The translations under genes and the position numbers were made by a program. A stretch of 45,731 nucleotides of DNA, counting the filler, from Catajapyx aquilonaris (lineage: Eukaryota): assembly GCA_000934665.2 (NCBI GenBank). It is 2 parts of 2 records of this genome, joined end to end, with 100 filler letters (N's around TTAATTAATTAA, not from the genome) between each part and the next. Parts side by side here need not be neighbours in the genome. Positions count along the whole stretch, not along the records: positions 22,898 to 45,731 come from JYFJ02005808.1; 1 more part is not named here. One strand, given 5' to 3'. The notes below the pieces were generated by a model, which saw only the letters and a list, made by a program, of their open reading frames with translations, did no database searches and was not told the DNA's origin. How positions within the stretch are numbered: the first letter of the stretch is position 1; each line of letters opens with the position of its first letter. Shown one piece after another: positions 25,866-37,784 of the stretch.

Positions 25866-26830
25866 CAGGGTGTCGAAAAATATTATTCTAAATCTCTCTT
25901 TTTTCACTTTTCTTATGCCTTGCCATCAGTAGGCTGGTTCCATTTCAATTCAGACAGAGGGTGCCCAGTCATGGTCTTCGATTTTTTTAAAAAATATATG
26001 CGTGAAACCCACATCCAATTGAACTTTTATGGAGCAATTTGTTTTACGAGATTAAATTTAGTTATCGAGATATTAATAGTTTTGTTAAGGGGTACCAAAA
26101 TGACATTCCCGGGAAGGTGCATTTTTTCCATTGCTTTCAATGAGTATATTTCCGGAACCGTTCTGAAAACCAATATGAAATTTTAAACTCATGCTTTTGG
26201 AAGAATGCACTGTTATGTAATGCATACAATTGCCTTATTTAATGGTACAGTCACCTGCAAGCAAATCTCCAACATTGCATATTTTGGTCAAAATGCGCAT
26301 ATTTCGCAATTTATTACGGCGTTATGGTAAACGTGACGGTTGTGCCGATTATATTTTGTGATATACTCGGTGACCCCCTAAATGTCATGCAATAAAACCT
26401 TTGCTAGCTCCGCGTGTAGTTGAGATATGCGAGGTGAAAATATGGCAACAAGCGAAAACACCCATATTTCAAAAATTATTTTCTCAAAAAGCCAAATTTT
26501 TATTTTTTATTTTTTATTTTTTATTTTACACGGACAGACAGGTTATAAAATAAGGTAGTGTCAAAACCCGGTGCATATTTTTTGTAAGTGAGATACACTT
26601 TTTTTCAGATGACAACTTTAGTCATTGTGCTACAATATAGCACACTTCATATAAATATTTTCTCGAAGAAGCCATTTTGAATATTTAATCGTTATTTTTT
26701 GTATAACAAAGTAGCATGAGTTCTATTATAAAATTATATCAAAATTCGGTATGCACAATGCCGTAATTTACTAGTACAGTCATCTTTAAAAAAAATGCCA
26801 AAAGTGCTTGTTTTGCAGGAAATTCACTTA
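25866..26830. mobile_element. Probable decayed non-autonomous DNA transposon sequence
   Basis: Starts TA|CAGGGTGTC like Tc1/mariner ends; AT-rich; absent from other array units; right TIR not found. Confidence 0.35.
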
Positions 26831-26942
26831 GTACGCAATTTATTATGTTGATTTTATTGATGAAAACGTTGATGACAAATTAGTATGCCGAGAAACATGC
26901 TTCACAAAACACCAGTTCACTTCTACGCTATTAGTTTACCAC

Positions 26943-28333
26943 CTACGTATTTCTGATAATCATTGAAGGATTTACACCACATTGTTCTATGTCATTATTC
27001 CGCCGGAGACTGAACTTCGTATGTAACAAGTCGCACGTGTCTCTGTAGAGTAGAATAAAGGCATTCCGGTAGTTCTGGATCCTGAAATAATGACAGGAGT
27101 ACTTTATGTAACGACAGACAGAATCACGCAACATTGTTGGAGAGGATTAATTTATGAATTACCTGTATATGTAAAGAAATACATTGATTACAAAATAGCA
27201 ATGAGTGTAGAAGGTATAATATATGTAAGGCTTGTTAAACGAGCTAGTTTTGTACACTATGTATATGATTGCTGGTACTGTCGTGGCGGAGTAAGCCACT
27301 CCTAGAAGAGTCAGAAGAACAGTCATTCTCTTCTCTCTCTCCTTCAGGTCCTGTATCATGGTCTTACAAACGTCTCTGGAAACATCGGTACATGAGAGCC
27401 ATCACAGGTCATCCTTCACCGTGTCATGACTTGCCTGAACTGCTTCAGTAGAGACCAGTTTTGCCGCAGCTTGATCCAGATCAGAAGGAGGCACACCAGG
27501 GAAGTGATCCATGGAAGGTATACGGATACTCCGAACAGAATGTAGATTAGTCCTACCGGATGATTCTCTCCAATAATCACCGTGCATATTCCTCTGGTCC
27601 TGCTGTAGCCATATCCATACTGAAACTGTTTGTGTCTGGGTAACAATACAAATGCATCCCTTTTAACCTCAATGCGTTTGAATTATTTACTCACCGCTCC
27701 ATGTGTTGGCACAACTGCTGCCAACATCCACACAAAGAGCACTGCAGGAACACCACTGTACGATTCGAAGAAGACCTCGTTAACTGCAGGCCACCATTGT
27801 TGTAACGCCCTTTGCAAATGGAAACTATTCAAATTGCGGCATCTACATTGTAACATCAATAAATACCTGTTGAGTGTAGCGGCTACCAGGGAATTTGAAG
27901 AGGCCAAGACTAAGTAGAGGAGGAGAAAGCCGGAAACGTGGCAATAACCGGTGCAAAAGACCCACTTCCGGTGTAGAAAAGCCACTCCTATGCCGGACAG
28001 GATGATGAAACAGTACAGTCCATCTGCCAAACTCAGGCTGAGAAGGAGCACTGTGGTTGAGCTCTTCAGAGGACTTCGATGGTCCGTTTCCTTCCACCTG
28101 GCGTAGGGCAAGGCCACTAGAGCCATGAGGTTGCCCAATCCTCCAACCACACTCAGGATGAGCCAAAACGTCCCTACTGTGACAGTGAAGTAGTAGGGAT
28201 GGTCCGGGAAGCAACATGATGGCACCTCCTGTTGGGTCAAACACACTAGAGATGTCTCCTGGTCGTCTCTCGTGCAAAAGGAAGTCACATTTAGGTTGAT
28301 GGCGGATGTGTTCACCAGCACTGATCCTACCAT
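26943..28333 (-). CDS. Tre1-like GPCR copy G2; exons 27867-28333, 27695-27809, 27435-27625, 27163-27375, 26943-27081 (374 aa)
   Basis: Paralog of G1 with identical intron positions; intron 3 uses a GC donor (AG|GCAAGT); open throughout. Confidence 0.85.
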
Positions 28334-28550
28334 GGCGAGGGATCAGATGGAATTGTAAGGGAAGGGCCGTTATGTAATGAACACTGTCACTGAGAAGTCT
28401 GGGATTAATCCTAACTGATGACTTGCTGTAACAATGGATGCTAGCATACTTTATCACAGTAACGATGGTATATTTGCATGTAATGTCAAAGAGAAAACAA
28501 TGGGACAACACACGACACGTTGTATTTGTGGTATTTTGCCGGAATGTTGA

Positions 28551-29894
28551 TTAGATTTTGCTTAACTTCCCACGGAGCAGGTCTAGTGTGTCTCTGTAGA
28601 GCAAAATAAATGCATTCCTGTAGCTCTGGATCCTGAAATAATGATAGCATCTTCTGTGACGACGGACAGAATCACAATGTATTGTTGGAGTAAGTTAATT
28701 CTACCTGTAGATGTAAAGAAAAACGTTGATGACGTAGCAATATCCCAAGATGAAGGTATAATACACATATGGTTTGTAAAATATGCTTCCTTTGAACACT
28801 CCGTTTAGGATTACTACTGGTGTTGTTGTGCTGACGAAAACAGCTCCCAGAAGAGTCAGAAGTACGGTCATTCTCTTCTCTCTCTTCTTCAGATCCTGTA
28901 GTGTGGCTTTTCCGATGTCTCTGTAAACATCGGTACAGCCATCACAAGGCACAGCCCAAGCCATCCTTCACCCCACATCACAGTTCCATGACTTACTTGA
29001 ACTCCTTCAGTTGAGACCAGTTCTGGCGCAGTTTGATCCAGACCAGAAGGAGGCAGACCAGGACAGTGATATAGGGAAGACCTGCAGCTATTCCGAACAC
29101 ACCGTACATAACATGCCCATTCCCTTCCATAATCATTGTACACATTCCTTTCCTTCTGCTGTAGCCAGAGCCATAGAAACACTGTATCAGGATTTAAAAG
29201 ATATATCAGATCGCCATCAGCCATATTGTCATGTTCCCACATGTTGACAATGAGTGCTTCTGGGAATCACCGCGAATTCTCACCTCTCCAAATGTTGGCA
29301 CCACTACTGCCAGAATCCACGCAAACAGCACTACAGGAAATGCACTGTACGACTTAAAGAGGACATCATTCCCTGCAGGCCACCATTGTTGTAACGCCCT
29401 TTGTAAGTGGAAACGAGACGTAATATTGTGGCTTATAATAAAAATACGTTGTATTACTAATAATACCTGCTGAGTGTAGCCGCTGCCAAGGAATTGGAAG
29501 AAGCCAAGTATACGCAGAGGGAGAGGAAGCCCGAAACGTAGCAATATCTGGCACCAAAGACCCACTTCCGGAGAAGAAATGTAACTCCCATACCGAATAG
29601 GTTGATGAAACAGCAGAGACTGTCCGCCAGACTCACGTTGAGCAAGAGTACTGTGGTTGGACTCTTCAGAGGACTTCGAGGGTCCGTGGTCCTCCATCTG
29701 GCGTAGGGAATGGCCACCAGGACCATCAGATTGCCTAATCCTCCAACCACACTCAAGAGGAGCCAGTATGTCCCTGCTATCATCGTGAAGTAGTGAGGAT
29801 GGTCCGGGAAGCAGCAGGAAGGAGCATCCTCTTGGGTCAAGCACACTAGAGATGTCTCCTGGTCGTCTCTTGTGCAGAAGGAAGACACGTTCAT
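28551..29894 (-). CDS. Tre1-like GPCR copy G3; exons 29467-29894, 29284-29398, 28997-29181, 28705-28920, 28551-28632 (341 aa from the second Met)
   Basis: Same exon structure; ancestral ATG is ATA at 29933 (alternative in-frame ATGs at 29894 and 30029); CAA>TAA shortens the C-tail. Confidence 0.75.
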
Positions 29895-30225
29895 GCTGAG
29901 TGTGGAGGTGTTGACCTGCACAGATCCTCTTATTGCTAGAGAGAGACTGGATGGAATGGCTGGGAGCAGCTTGTTATGGGATTTTTTTTCTCCAAGTAAT
30001 GAATAAATTGTTTTGACAATGCATGTCATCCTTATTTACCGATCGATGTGATATTTGTGTGTACTGTCAAACAGAAACAATGGGATGACCCCCAATATGT
30101 CCCATGATTGGTGCACTCAAATAAAACTTATGCCAAGGTTAGATAAGACATTCGTAAATAGGAAGAAGCCAGAGCTTGTTATTGCTGACCCACTCAAGTT
30201 GAGCAAATAGATAAAATATAAGCCT

Positions 30226-30378
30226 ACCCTCCCCACGATGTATCTCCACCTTGACGTGGTGGTTGGGCTTGCGTTTTCTCATGATCCCGAAGAGCTATGC
30301 CGCCGGTATATTCGTCTACTGCTGGTAGGGTCCAAGGCGCACAGGTCTTTGGGGTAGGAGACAGACGAGATACCAGTC
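30226..30378 (+). mobile_element. Isolated RTE-type LINE 5'-UTR fragment (structured RNA)
   Basis: CCACCTTGACGTGGTGG..GATCCCGAAGAGCTATG..CTGGTAGGGTCCAAGGC..CAGGTC..CAGAC resembles, from recall, Expander/BovB-like RTE 5' UTRs; several helices can be drawn. Confidence 0.55.
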
Positions 30379-30713
30379 TTTCCTCTCTTCTTTTCTTCGA
30401 GTCTTCTGGTAGCCAGATAGCCACAGTTGCTTGGCTCTTTTTACGCAAACAAACCATAATTTTACACACTTCCATTGTAAGGGAATGAGCTATTGCATTT
30501 ATTAATGCTTGGAATGATCTCTGCATATATCTGAACGCTTTTTCCCCGTGCGAAGAACGGGTATTGCAGCTATAGTAATTAAATAAAAATTAAATAAAAG
30601 ACAGCTAATTTTTGAGAAAGGTAGATTGTGACTTCAATAAACTCCTTCCAAATACACTTTTAAAATAGCTTACCAGCATATTGGGATCCTCATTGAAATA
30701 TTTAAAGACCATG

Positions 30714-31611
30714 TCACAGGTCTACCATATCATTATTCCGCCGGAATATTGGTCGGCTGAGCATCACATGGCACAGGTCACATGTGTCTCTGTAGAGTAG
30801 AATAAATGCATCTCGGTAGCTTGGGATCCTGCAATAATGATAAAATCATCTTATGTGACATTGTTGGAGTAGCTTAATTATTACCTGTATACGTAAAGAA
30901 GAACGTTGATGACGTAGTAATAAGGCAAGATGAAGGTATAATACACGTAAGATTTATTAAAAATATTTCCTTTGAACACTCCGCCTATGATGATTGCTGG
31001 TGCTGTCGTGCTGACGAAAGCAGCTCCCAGAAGAGTCAGAAGGACGGTCATTCTCCTCTCTCTTTCCTTCAGGTCATGCAGTGTGGCCTTGCCAATGTCT
31101 CTGGAAACAGTGGCACATACGATTCATCATTAACCCCATCGCTACCGGTGTGACGGAACCCGAAGGGGTTAACCACATCAAAGTTCCATGACTCACTTGA
31201 ACTGCTTCAGTTGAGACCAGTTCTGTCGCAGCTTGATCCAGATGAGAAGGAGGCAGACCAGGACAGTGATATAGGAAAGACCTGCAGCTATTCCGAACAG
31301 ACAGTACATAACTGGCTGGTTCCCTTCGATAATCATTGAGCACATTCCTCTCCTTCTGCTGTAGCCAGAGCCATAGTGACACTGAATCAGGACAAAATAA
31401 TTATATCAGCTAGTCATTAGCAATATCAGCTAATTCTCACCTCCCCAAATGTTGGTACCACTGCTGCCAACACCCACGCTACCACGACTGCAGGAACGCC
31501 ACTGTACGACTTAAAGGGGACGCGGTTACCTGCAGGCCACCAGTGCTGTAACGCCCTTTGTAACCGGAAACGAGACTATTCATATTGTGGCATCTATATA
31601 CGTACAGTGCA

Positions 31612-31684
<73 letters not shown>

Positions 31685-32151
31685 CTGCTGAGTGTAGCTG
31701 CTGCCAGGGAATTGGAAGAAGCCAAGTATAAGTAGATGGTGAAGAAGCCCAGAACGTGGCAATATCCGGTACCCATGAACCACTTCCGGAGGAGAAAGGT
31801 CACTCCCAAACCTGACAGGTTGATGAAACAATATAGTCCATCAGCCAGACTCAGGCTGAGAAGAAGGACAGTGGTTGAACTCTTCAGGGGACTTCGAGGA
31901 TCAGTGATCTTCCACCTGGCGTAGGGCAATGCCACCAGAGCCATCAGATTCCCAAATCCTCCGACCACACTCAGGAGGAGCCAGTATGTCCCTGCTATCA
32001 CTGTGAAGTATTCAGGGTAGTCCGGGAAGCAACAGGAAGGAGCATCCTCTTGGGTCAGACACACTCGCGATGTCTCGTGGTCGTCTCTTGTGCAGAAGGA
32101 AGACACATTCATGCTGAGTGTGGAGGTGTTGACCTGCACAGAGCCTCTCAT
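30714..32151 (-). CDS. Tre1-like GPCR copy G4; exons 31685-32151, 31441-31555, 31197-31381, 30885-31100, 30714-30828 (365 aa)
   Basis: Open through all five exons; (TAA)n expansion in intron 1 (31612-31682). Confidence 0.87.
31134..31168. mobile_element. Internally deleted TTAA-specific (piggyBac-like) MITE remnant in G4 intron 3
   Basis: TTAA|CCCCATCG...CGAAGGGG|TTAA at the same intron position as the 35715-36016 element. Confidence 0.6.
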
Positions 32152-32739
32152 TGCTATAGAGAGAGACTGGATGGAATGGCTGGGAGCAGCTTGTCCATGG
32201 GTTGCACATGGGGCGATTTTTCCTGAGTAATGAATAAATATTGCTGTGACAATGGATGCGATCGTTATTTCTTTTACCAAAGTATCGAAGTGACATTTGC
32301 GTGTACTGTCAAACAGAAAACAATGAGACAATCCCCAATGTGACACATAATTGGTGCACTCAAATAAGACTGGTACTAAGGTTATATCGCAATAAGATAA
32401 AGTACAAGGTTTATTTAAGGCCAGTGTACGGCCCCATGATGTGTCAGATTAATATTACTATATATAACTTACTATATAGACTCATCAGTAGTAAGCTGTT
32501 TGTCACGGCTTTGATTGTTTGTTATTAATATTCCTTCCAGTCAACAGCACGCAGCCACAATTCAGGGAGCCTGTATCGTACACTATCAACTCTTGTCACA
32601 CGCGACACCAGTGTTGTATTGAGAGCACGTCAGATCAACAAAACAACGACTCTTTGTAGCTCCATAAGGACCATATCACAATTCCTTCACAATAGGTACT
32701 TCACCATTAGCATTGGTTTAGTATGGCAATTAAGTTTCT

Positions 32740-34156
32740 TCAACTTCTCGGTTGTATTTTATTAGTCCGTCGGAATGTTGATTGGATTTTGCTTAACTTC
32801 CTATGTATCAGGTCTCGTGTGTCTCTGTAGAGCAAAATAAATGCATCCCGGTAGTTTGGTATCCTGAAATAATGATAGAAACATCTGTAACGACAGAGAA
32901 AATCACGCAGCATTGTTGCAGTAACGTATTAAATAATTACCTGTAGACATACAGAAATACGTTGATGACAAAGTGGTAATGCAAGAAGAAGGCATAATAC
33001 ACGTAAGGTTTGAGAAGAAAGCCTCTTTTGAATACGCCGTTTATGATGAATATTGGCGCTGCTGTGCTGGAAGAAACCAGTCCCAGAAGAGTCAGAAGGA
33101 CGGTCATTCTCTTCTCTCTTTCCTTCAGGTCCTGCAGTGTGACCTTGCCAATATCTCTGGAAAGAACGATATATAATATTATAGTGATCCTTCATCTCAC
33201 CACAGTACCATGATTCACTTGAACTGCTTTAGTTGAGACCAGTTCTGTCGCAGTTTGATCCAGACCAGAAGGAGGCAGATCAGGACAATGACCCAAGGTA
33301 GACCTGTAGCTATTCCGAACAGAACGTACGTAACTTCCTCATTCTCTTCGACAATCATTGTGCATATTCCTTTCCTTCTGCTGTAGCCAGAGCCATAGTG
33401 ATACTGTATCAGAATTATATAAAACATCAGATCGTCATGAGCACTACTGTCATCTTCACACATGTTGATAGTGAATGCTTCTATAGCAATCACCGCGAAT
33501 TCTCACCTCCCCAAATGATGGCACCACTACTGCCAACATCCACGCAAACACCGCTGCAGGAACTGCACTGTACGACTTAAAGAGGACATCATTCCCTGCA
33601 GGCCACCACTGTTGTAACGCCCTTTGTAAATGGAAACTAGACTTCACATTGTGGCTTATAATAAAAATACGTTGTATTACTAATAATACCTGCTGAGTGT
33701 AGCGGCTGCCAAGGAATTGGAAGAGGCCAAGGATAAACAGAGGGAGAGGAAGCTCGAAACGTGGCAACATCTGGCACCCAAGACCCACCTCCGGAGAAGA
33801 AATGTAACTCCCAAACCGGATAGGCTGATGAAACAGTACAGTCCATCGGCCAGACTCACGCTGAGCAAGAGTACTGTGGTTGGGCTCTTCAGAGGACTTC
33901 GAGGGTCAGTGGTCCTCCACCTGGCGTAAGGAATGGCCACCAGAGCCATCAGGTTGCCAAATCCTCCAACAACACTCAGGAGGATCCAGTATGTCGCTGC
34001 TATCACTCTGAAGTATTCAGGATAGTCCGGGAAGCAGCACGAGGGAGGATCCTCTTGGGTCAAGCACACTCGAGATGTCTCGTGGTCGTCTCTCGTGCAG
34101 AAGGAAGACACATTCATGCTGAGTGTGGAGGTATTGACCAGCACTGAACCTCTCAT
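32740..34156 (-). CDS. Tre1-like GPCR copy G5; exons 33690-34156, 33507-33621, 33219-33403, 32941-33156, 32740-32863 (368 aa)
   Basis: Open through all five exons, canonical splice sites. Confidence 0.87.
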
Positions 34157-34780
34157 TGCTAGAGAGAGACTAGATGGAAAGGCTGGGAGCTGCTTGTTAT
34201 GGGATGCACATGAGGGAGGGGGGGGAGGGTTCTAAGTAATGAATAAATTGTTTTGACAATGCATGCCATCCTTAGTTACCGAACGATGTAATATTTGCGT
34301 GTAGTGTCAGACAGAAACAAAGGGCCAATCCCCAATATGTCCCATGATTGTTGCACTAAAATAAAACTTCTGCGAAGGTTAGATAAGACATTCGTAAATA
34401 GGAAGAAGCCAGACCTTGCTATTGCTAACCCACTCAAATTGAGCAAAAAGTGAACCAGACATGGCCTTAGTACCTTATTATACTAATGAGGCATTCCGCG
34501 TCAACTAGGACCACTTTTCCGACAAATATTTCCCGATTTCGATCAAATTTCACAGATTTGTAGTAGTTGTCGTTGTAGGTAAGGGACCGAGATTTCGTCT
34601 CTCTGTGACACGTGGCTGCGAAACTACAGGGTGTGTAATTCAGATTTGTCACTCATTTGACGCTGTCAGGGCTTGTAATGGAGGCCCCTAACCTCTGAAC
34701 CCCTAAAGTGAATCCAAATCTGATATGTGATTTAGGAAGCTCTTTTAAAGGCCTTTAATAATATCGCATTGAAAGCATGA

Positions 34781-34882
34781 CCCCTCCTGTTGGGTCAGAC
34801 ACCCTAGAGATGTCTCATCCTCGTCTCTAGCACAGAAGGAGGACACGTTCAGGTTGACCTCCCTATCATGGCAAGAGACTGG
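34781..34882 (-). pseudogene. N-terminal remnant of a GPCR copy
   Basis: Encodes NLNVSSFCARDEDETSLGCLTQQEG only; the rest of the gene is absent. Confidence 0.75.
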
Positions 34883-35065
34883 AGAGAAAAATTGTTGTGC
34901 TATTTACACTCCGAGATTATTCGTAGGTGACGGCAATAGAGCAGTGAATTTATGTGCCCTCCTGAATGACATGTCAATGGGACACGTCCACCATGCGATG
35001 CTAGAACGTCACTAAAAATAGGACACAGACAGGGTTATAACGGACGTAATAGTCAGTCATTTTAT

Positions 35066-35625
35066 TGTAACATCTCATTGTCGCTCACTTATTACGACGA
35101 CAAAGGGCAACCCCTCATAACCTCCTCGTTAGGGTGTGTGTCGTGCCTCAACAATTGACTCATTTTATGTAATTGTTTTATTTTGCAAAATTTTGTATTC
35201 AACATCACTCCCAACCCTTCCGACCCCCCGTCATGCGACCCTACCCCAGGGGGAAACCCCGAAATACACCACCTCCTTTGCATCCACCCTCCCTCCACGT
35301 CACTCCCACACCCTTCTCAACGTTCCACCCTCCCTTCGTCATCTTTCCAGATCCTTCCAAACCGTCAATCCGCCAGTAAACCCAAATGTAGCCAATCACA
35401 GGCACCCAGGTTGGCCAGGTATTAGTATAAATACAAGGTCGCTGTTGGCCGTTCTGGACTTCTGGAGTCCAAGCTCTTGACTTGTTCAGTTCTTCCTTCT
35501 TCGGGTCGGCTCTCACCACAGTGGTCAGAGTGAAACCGAACTACTGCGTTGTTACTTACTTCCCACTCTCCTTAAAGGACTAATCGGCTGGCCACAGGCG
35601 TAGCCTCCTCAACCTTCACCACTAC
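35066..35625 (+). mobile_element. Possible partial LTR truncating GPCR G6
   Basis: Begins TGTAACA; CCAAT (GCCAATCA, 35391) followed by TATAAATA (~35426); C-rich; abuts G6 exon 4 exactly where homology ends. Confidence 0.4.
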
Positions 35626-36919
35626 CGGTCATTCTCTTCTCTCGTTCCTTCAGGTGCTGTAGCGTGGCCTTGCCAATATCTCTGGAAACATTGGTACATG
35701 GAAATAGTCATTAACCCCCTTCGCTGCCAGCGAAAAAGGACGGGACGAAAAAGCCTAGATTTTCGCGTGCACTAGCTTACTCTGAAGATAAGGACAGATA
35801 TTTTACAAACAATATCAGCTATACTTACACGTTCATTAAACCACTATGAGTTTGGACAATTTTGTATATGCAAAATTCTTCAAAACGCATTCGTAGTGAT
35901 TTCCATGAACAGGTGAATACGTATAACTGATATTATTTGTAAAATATTTTGTCCGTATACTCAGGATATGCGCCAGAGAAAATTAGACATTTTTGGCCCA
36001 GCTGGTAATGAGGGGGTTAACCACATCAAAGTTCCATGACTCACTTGAACTCCTTCAGTTGAGACCAGTTCTGGCGCAACTTGATCCAGATCAGAAGGAG
36101 GCAGACCAGGGCAGTGATGTAGGGAAGACTTGCAGCTATTCCGTATATAACGTACGTATTTTGGTCATTCATTGTGCACATTCCTCTCCTTCTGCTATAG
36201 CCAGATCCAAAGTGACACTGTATCAGGACAAAATAATTATATCAGCTCGTCAGCAGCAATATCAGAGTCTAATTCTCACCGCCCCAAATGTCGGTACCAC
36301 TGCTGCCAACACCCACGCTACCACGACTGCAGGAACGCCACTGTACGACTTAAAGAGGACGTTGTTGCATGCAGGCCACCAGTGCTGTAACGCCCTTTGT
36401 AAACGGAAACGAGACTATTCATATTGTGGCTTCTACAGTGCAATAATTGAAATAATACCTGCTGAGTGTAGCTGCTGCCAGGGAATTGGAAGAGGCCAAG
36501 TATAAGTAGATTATGAAGAAGCCGGAAATGGGACAATATCAGGTACCCAAGACCCACTTCCGGCGGATAAACGTCACTCCCAAACCTGACAGGTTGATGA
36601 AACAGTACAGTCCATCAGCCAGACTCAGGCTCAGAAGAAGGACCGTGGTTGGACTCTTGAGGGGACTTCGAGGGTCCTTTGTCTTCCACCTGGCATAGGG
36701 CAATGCCACCAGAACCATCAGGTTGCCAAATCCTCCGACCACACTTAGAAGAATCCAGTATGTCCCTGCTATCACTGTGAAGTATTGAGGATAGTCCGGG
36801 AAACAACAGGAAGGAGCATCCTCTTGGGTCAGACACACTCCAGATGTCTCCTGGTCGTCTCTTGTGCAGAAGGAGGACAAGTTCACTGTGGCGGTGTTGA
36901 CCTGCACAGAGCCTCTCAT
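35626..36919 (-). pseudogene. Tre1-like GPCR pseudogene G6
   Basis: In-frame TGA at 36539-36541 (WVLGT*); 12-nt deletion in exon 3; truncated within exon 4 before TM6; exon 5 missing. Confidence 0.9.
35715..36016. mobile_element. TTAA-specific (piggyBac-like) MITE in G6 intron 3
   Basis: TTAA|CCCCCTTCGCTGCCAGC ... GCTGGTAATGAGGGGG|TTAA; the site is empty in G7. Confidence 0.8.
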
Positions 36920-37269
36920 TGCTAGAGTAAGACTGGATGTCTGGATGGAAATGACTGGGAGCAGCTTGTTATGTGATGCATATGGGGGAATTTTTCCTCA
37001 GTAAGGAATAAAAATATTTCTGTGACAACGGATGCGATCATTATTTACCAAAGTATCGATGTGATATGTGTAGGCTACTGTCAAACAGAAAACAATGAAA
37101 CAATCCCCAATGTGTCACCTGATTAGTGCACTAAAATAATGTGAGTGTCAATTATTGTTGTGTCATAATTTAATTCCGAATAATACATTTTGGGTGGTTG
37201 CGAAATTTGTCTTGTTCAACATATCGGTATGATGATGCCATGTATCTCAGAGATTGCATCATCTTTTGG

Positions 37270-37448
37270 GGCGGGGAAAACCCCTGCCTTGTCGGAAGAC
37301 ACCCTCCCCAACAATCCCTTTCCCTACCCTATATCCCGAAAGTCCTTGCACGGAGATTGAAGAAAAATCGGTAAAAGTATCTCTAAATGATGGTAATCCA
37401 CTCCTCTTTAAACCCTAATCGGGTTATCACGGGGTAATAGAAAAAAAT
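37270..37448 (+). mobile_element. Decayed SINE 3' portion related to family 1
   Basis: CCCTACCC..GTCCTTGCAC..GATGGT..CACGGGGTA plus A-rich tail; interrupts the conserved upstream region of G6. Confidence 0.55.
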
Positions 37449-37784
37449 TAAGACATTCGTAATGAGTTAGAAGCAAGAGGTAGTCATTGCTGACCCATTC
37501 AAGTTCAGCAAAACGATAAAGTACATGGTTTATTTAAAATTATTATCACTCTCTCTTGTTTTCCTCTTTATTCCATGATTATTAAGCCCAATGTATTGTT
37601 CATCATCCAAACAGCACATTAATGCCGTCTAATGTCTCACAGTCAAGGAGCTGAAGTAGAACAAAATATTCAGGCTGAAGCCTAATACCCATTTTTATTG
37701 ACTAACAAACATTATTTGCAATTACAATTACAATGACGTACGTTAGTTCACAATACGTACAGGCACTTCACCACAACCAACTCT

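Noticed and set aside
35118..35135. ACCTCCTCGT, resembling the L3 loop of R2/HDV-like ribozymes
   Set aside because: Flanking P3/P1/P2 pairings could not be built
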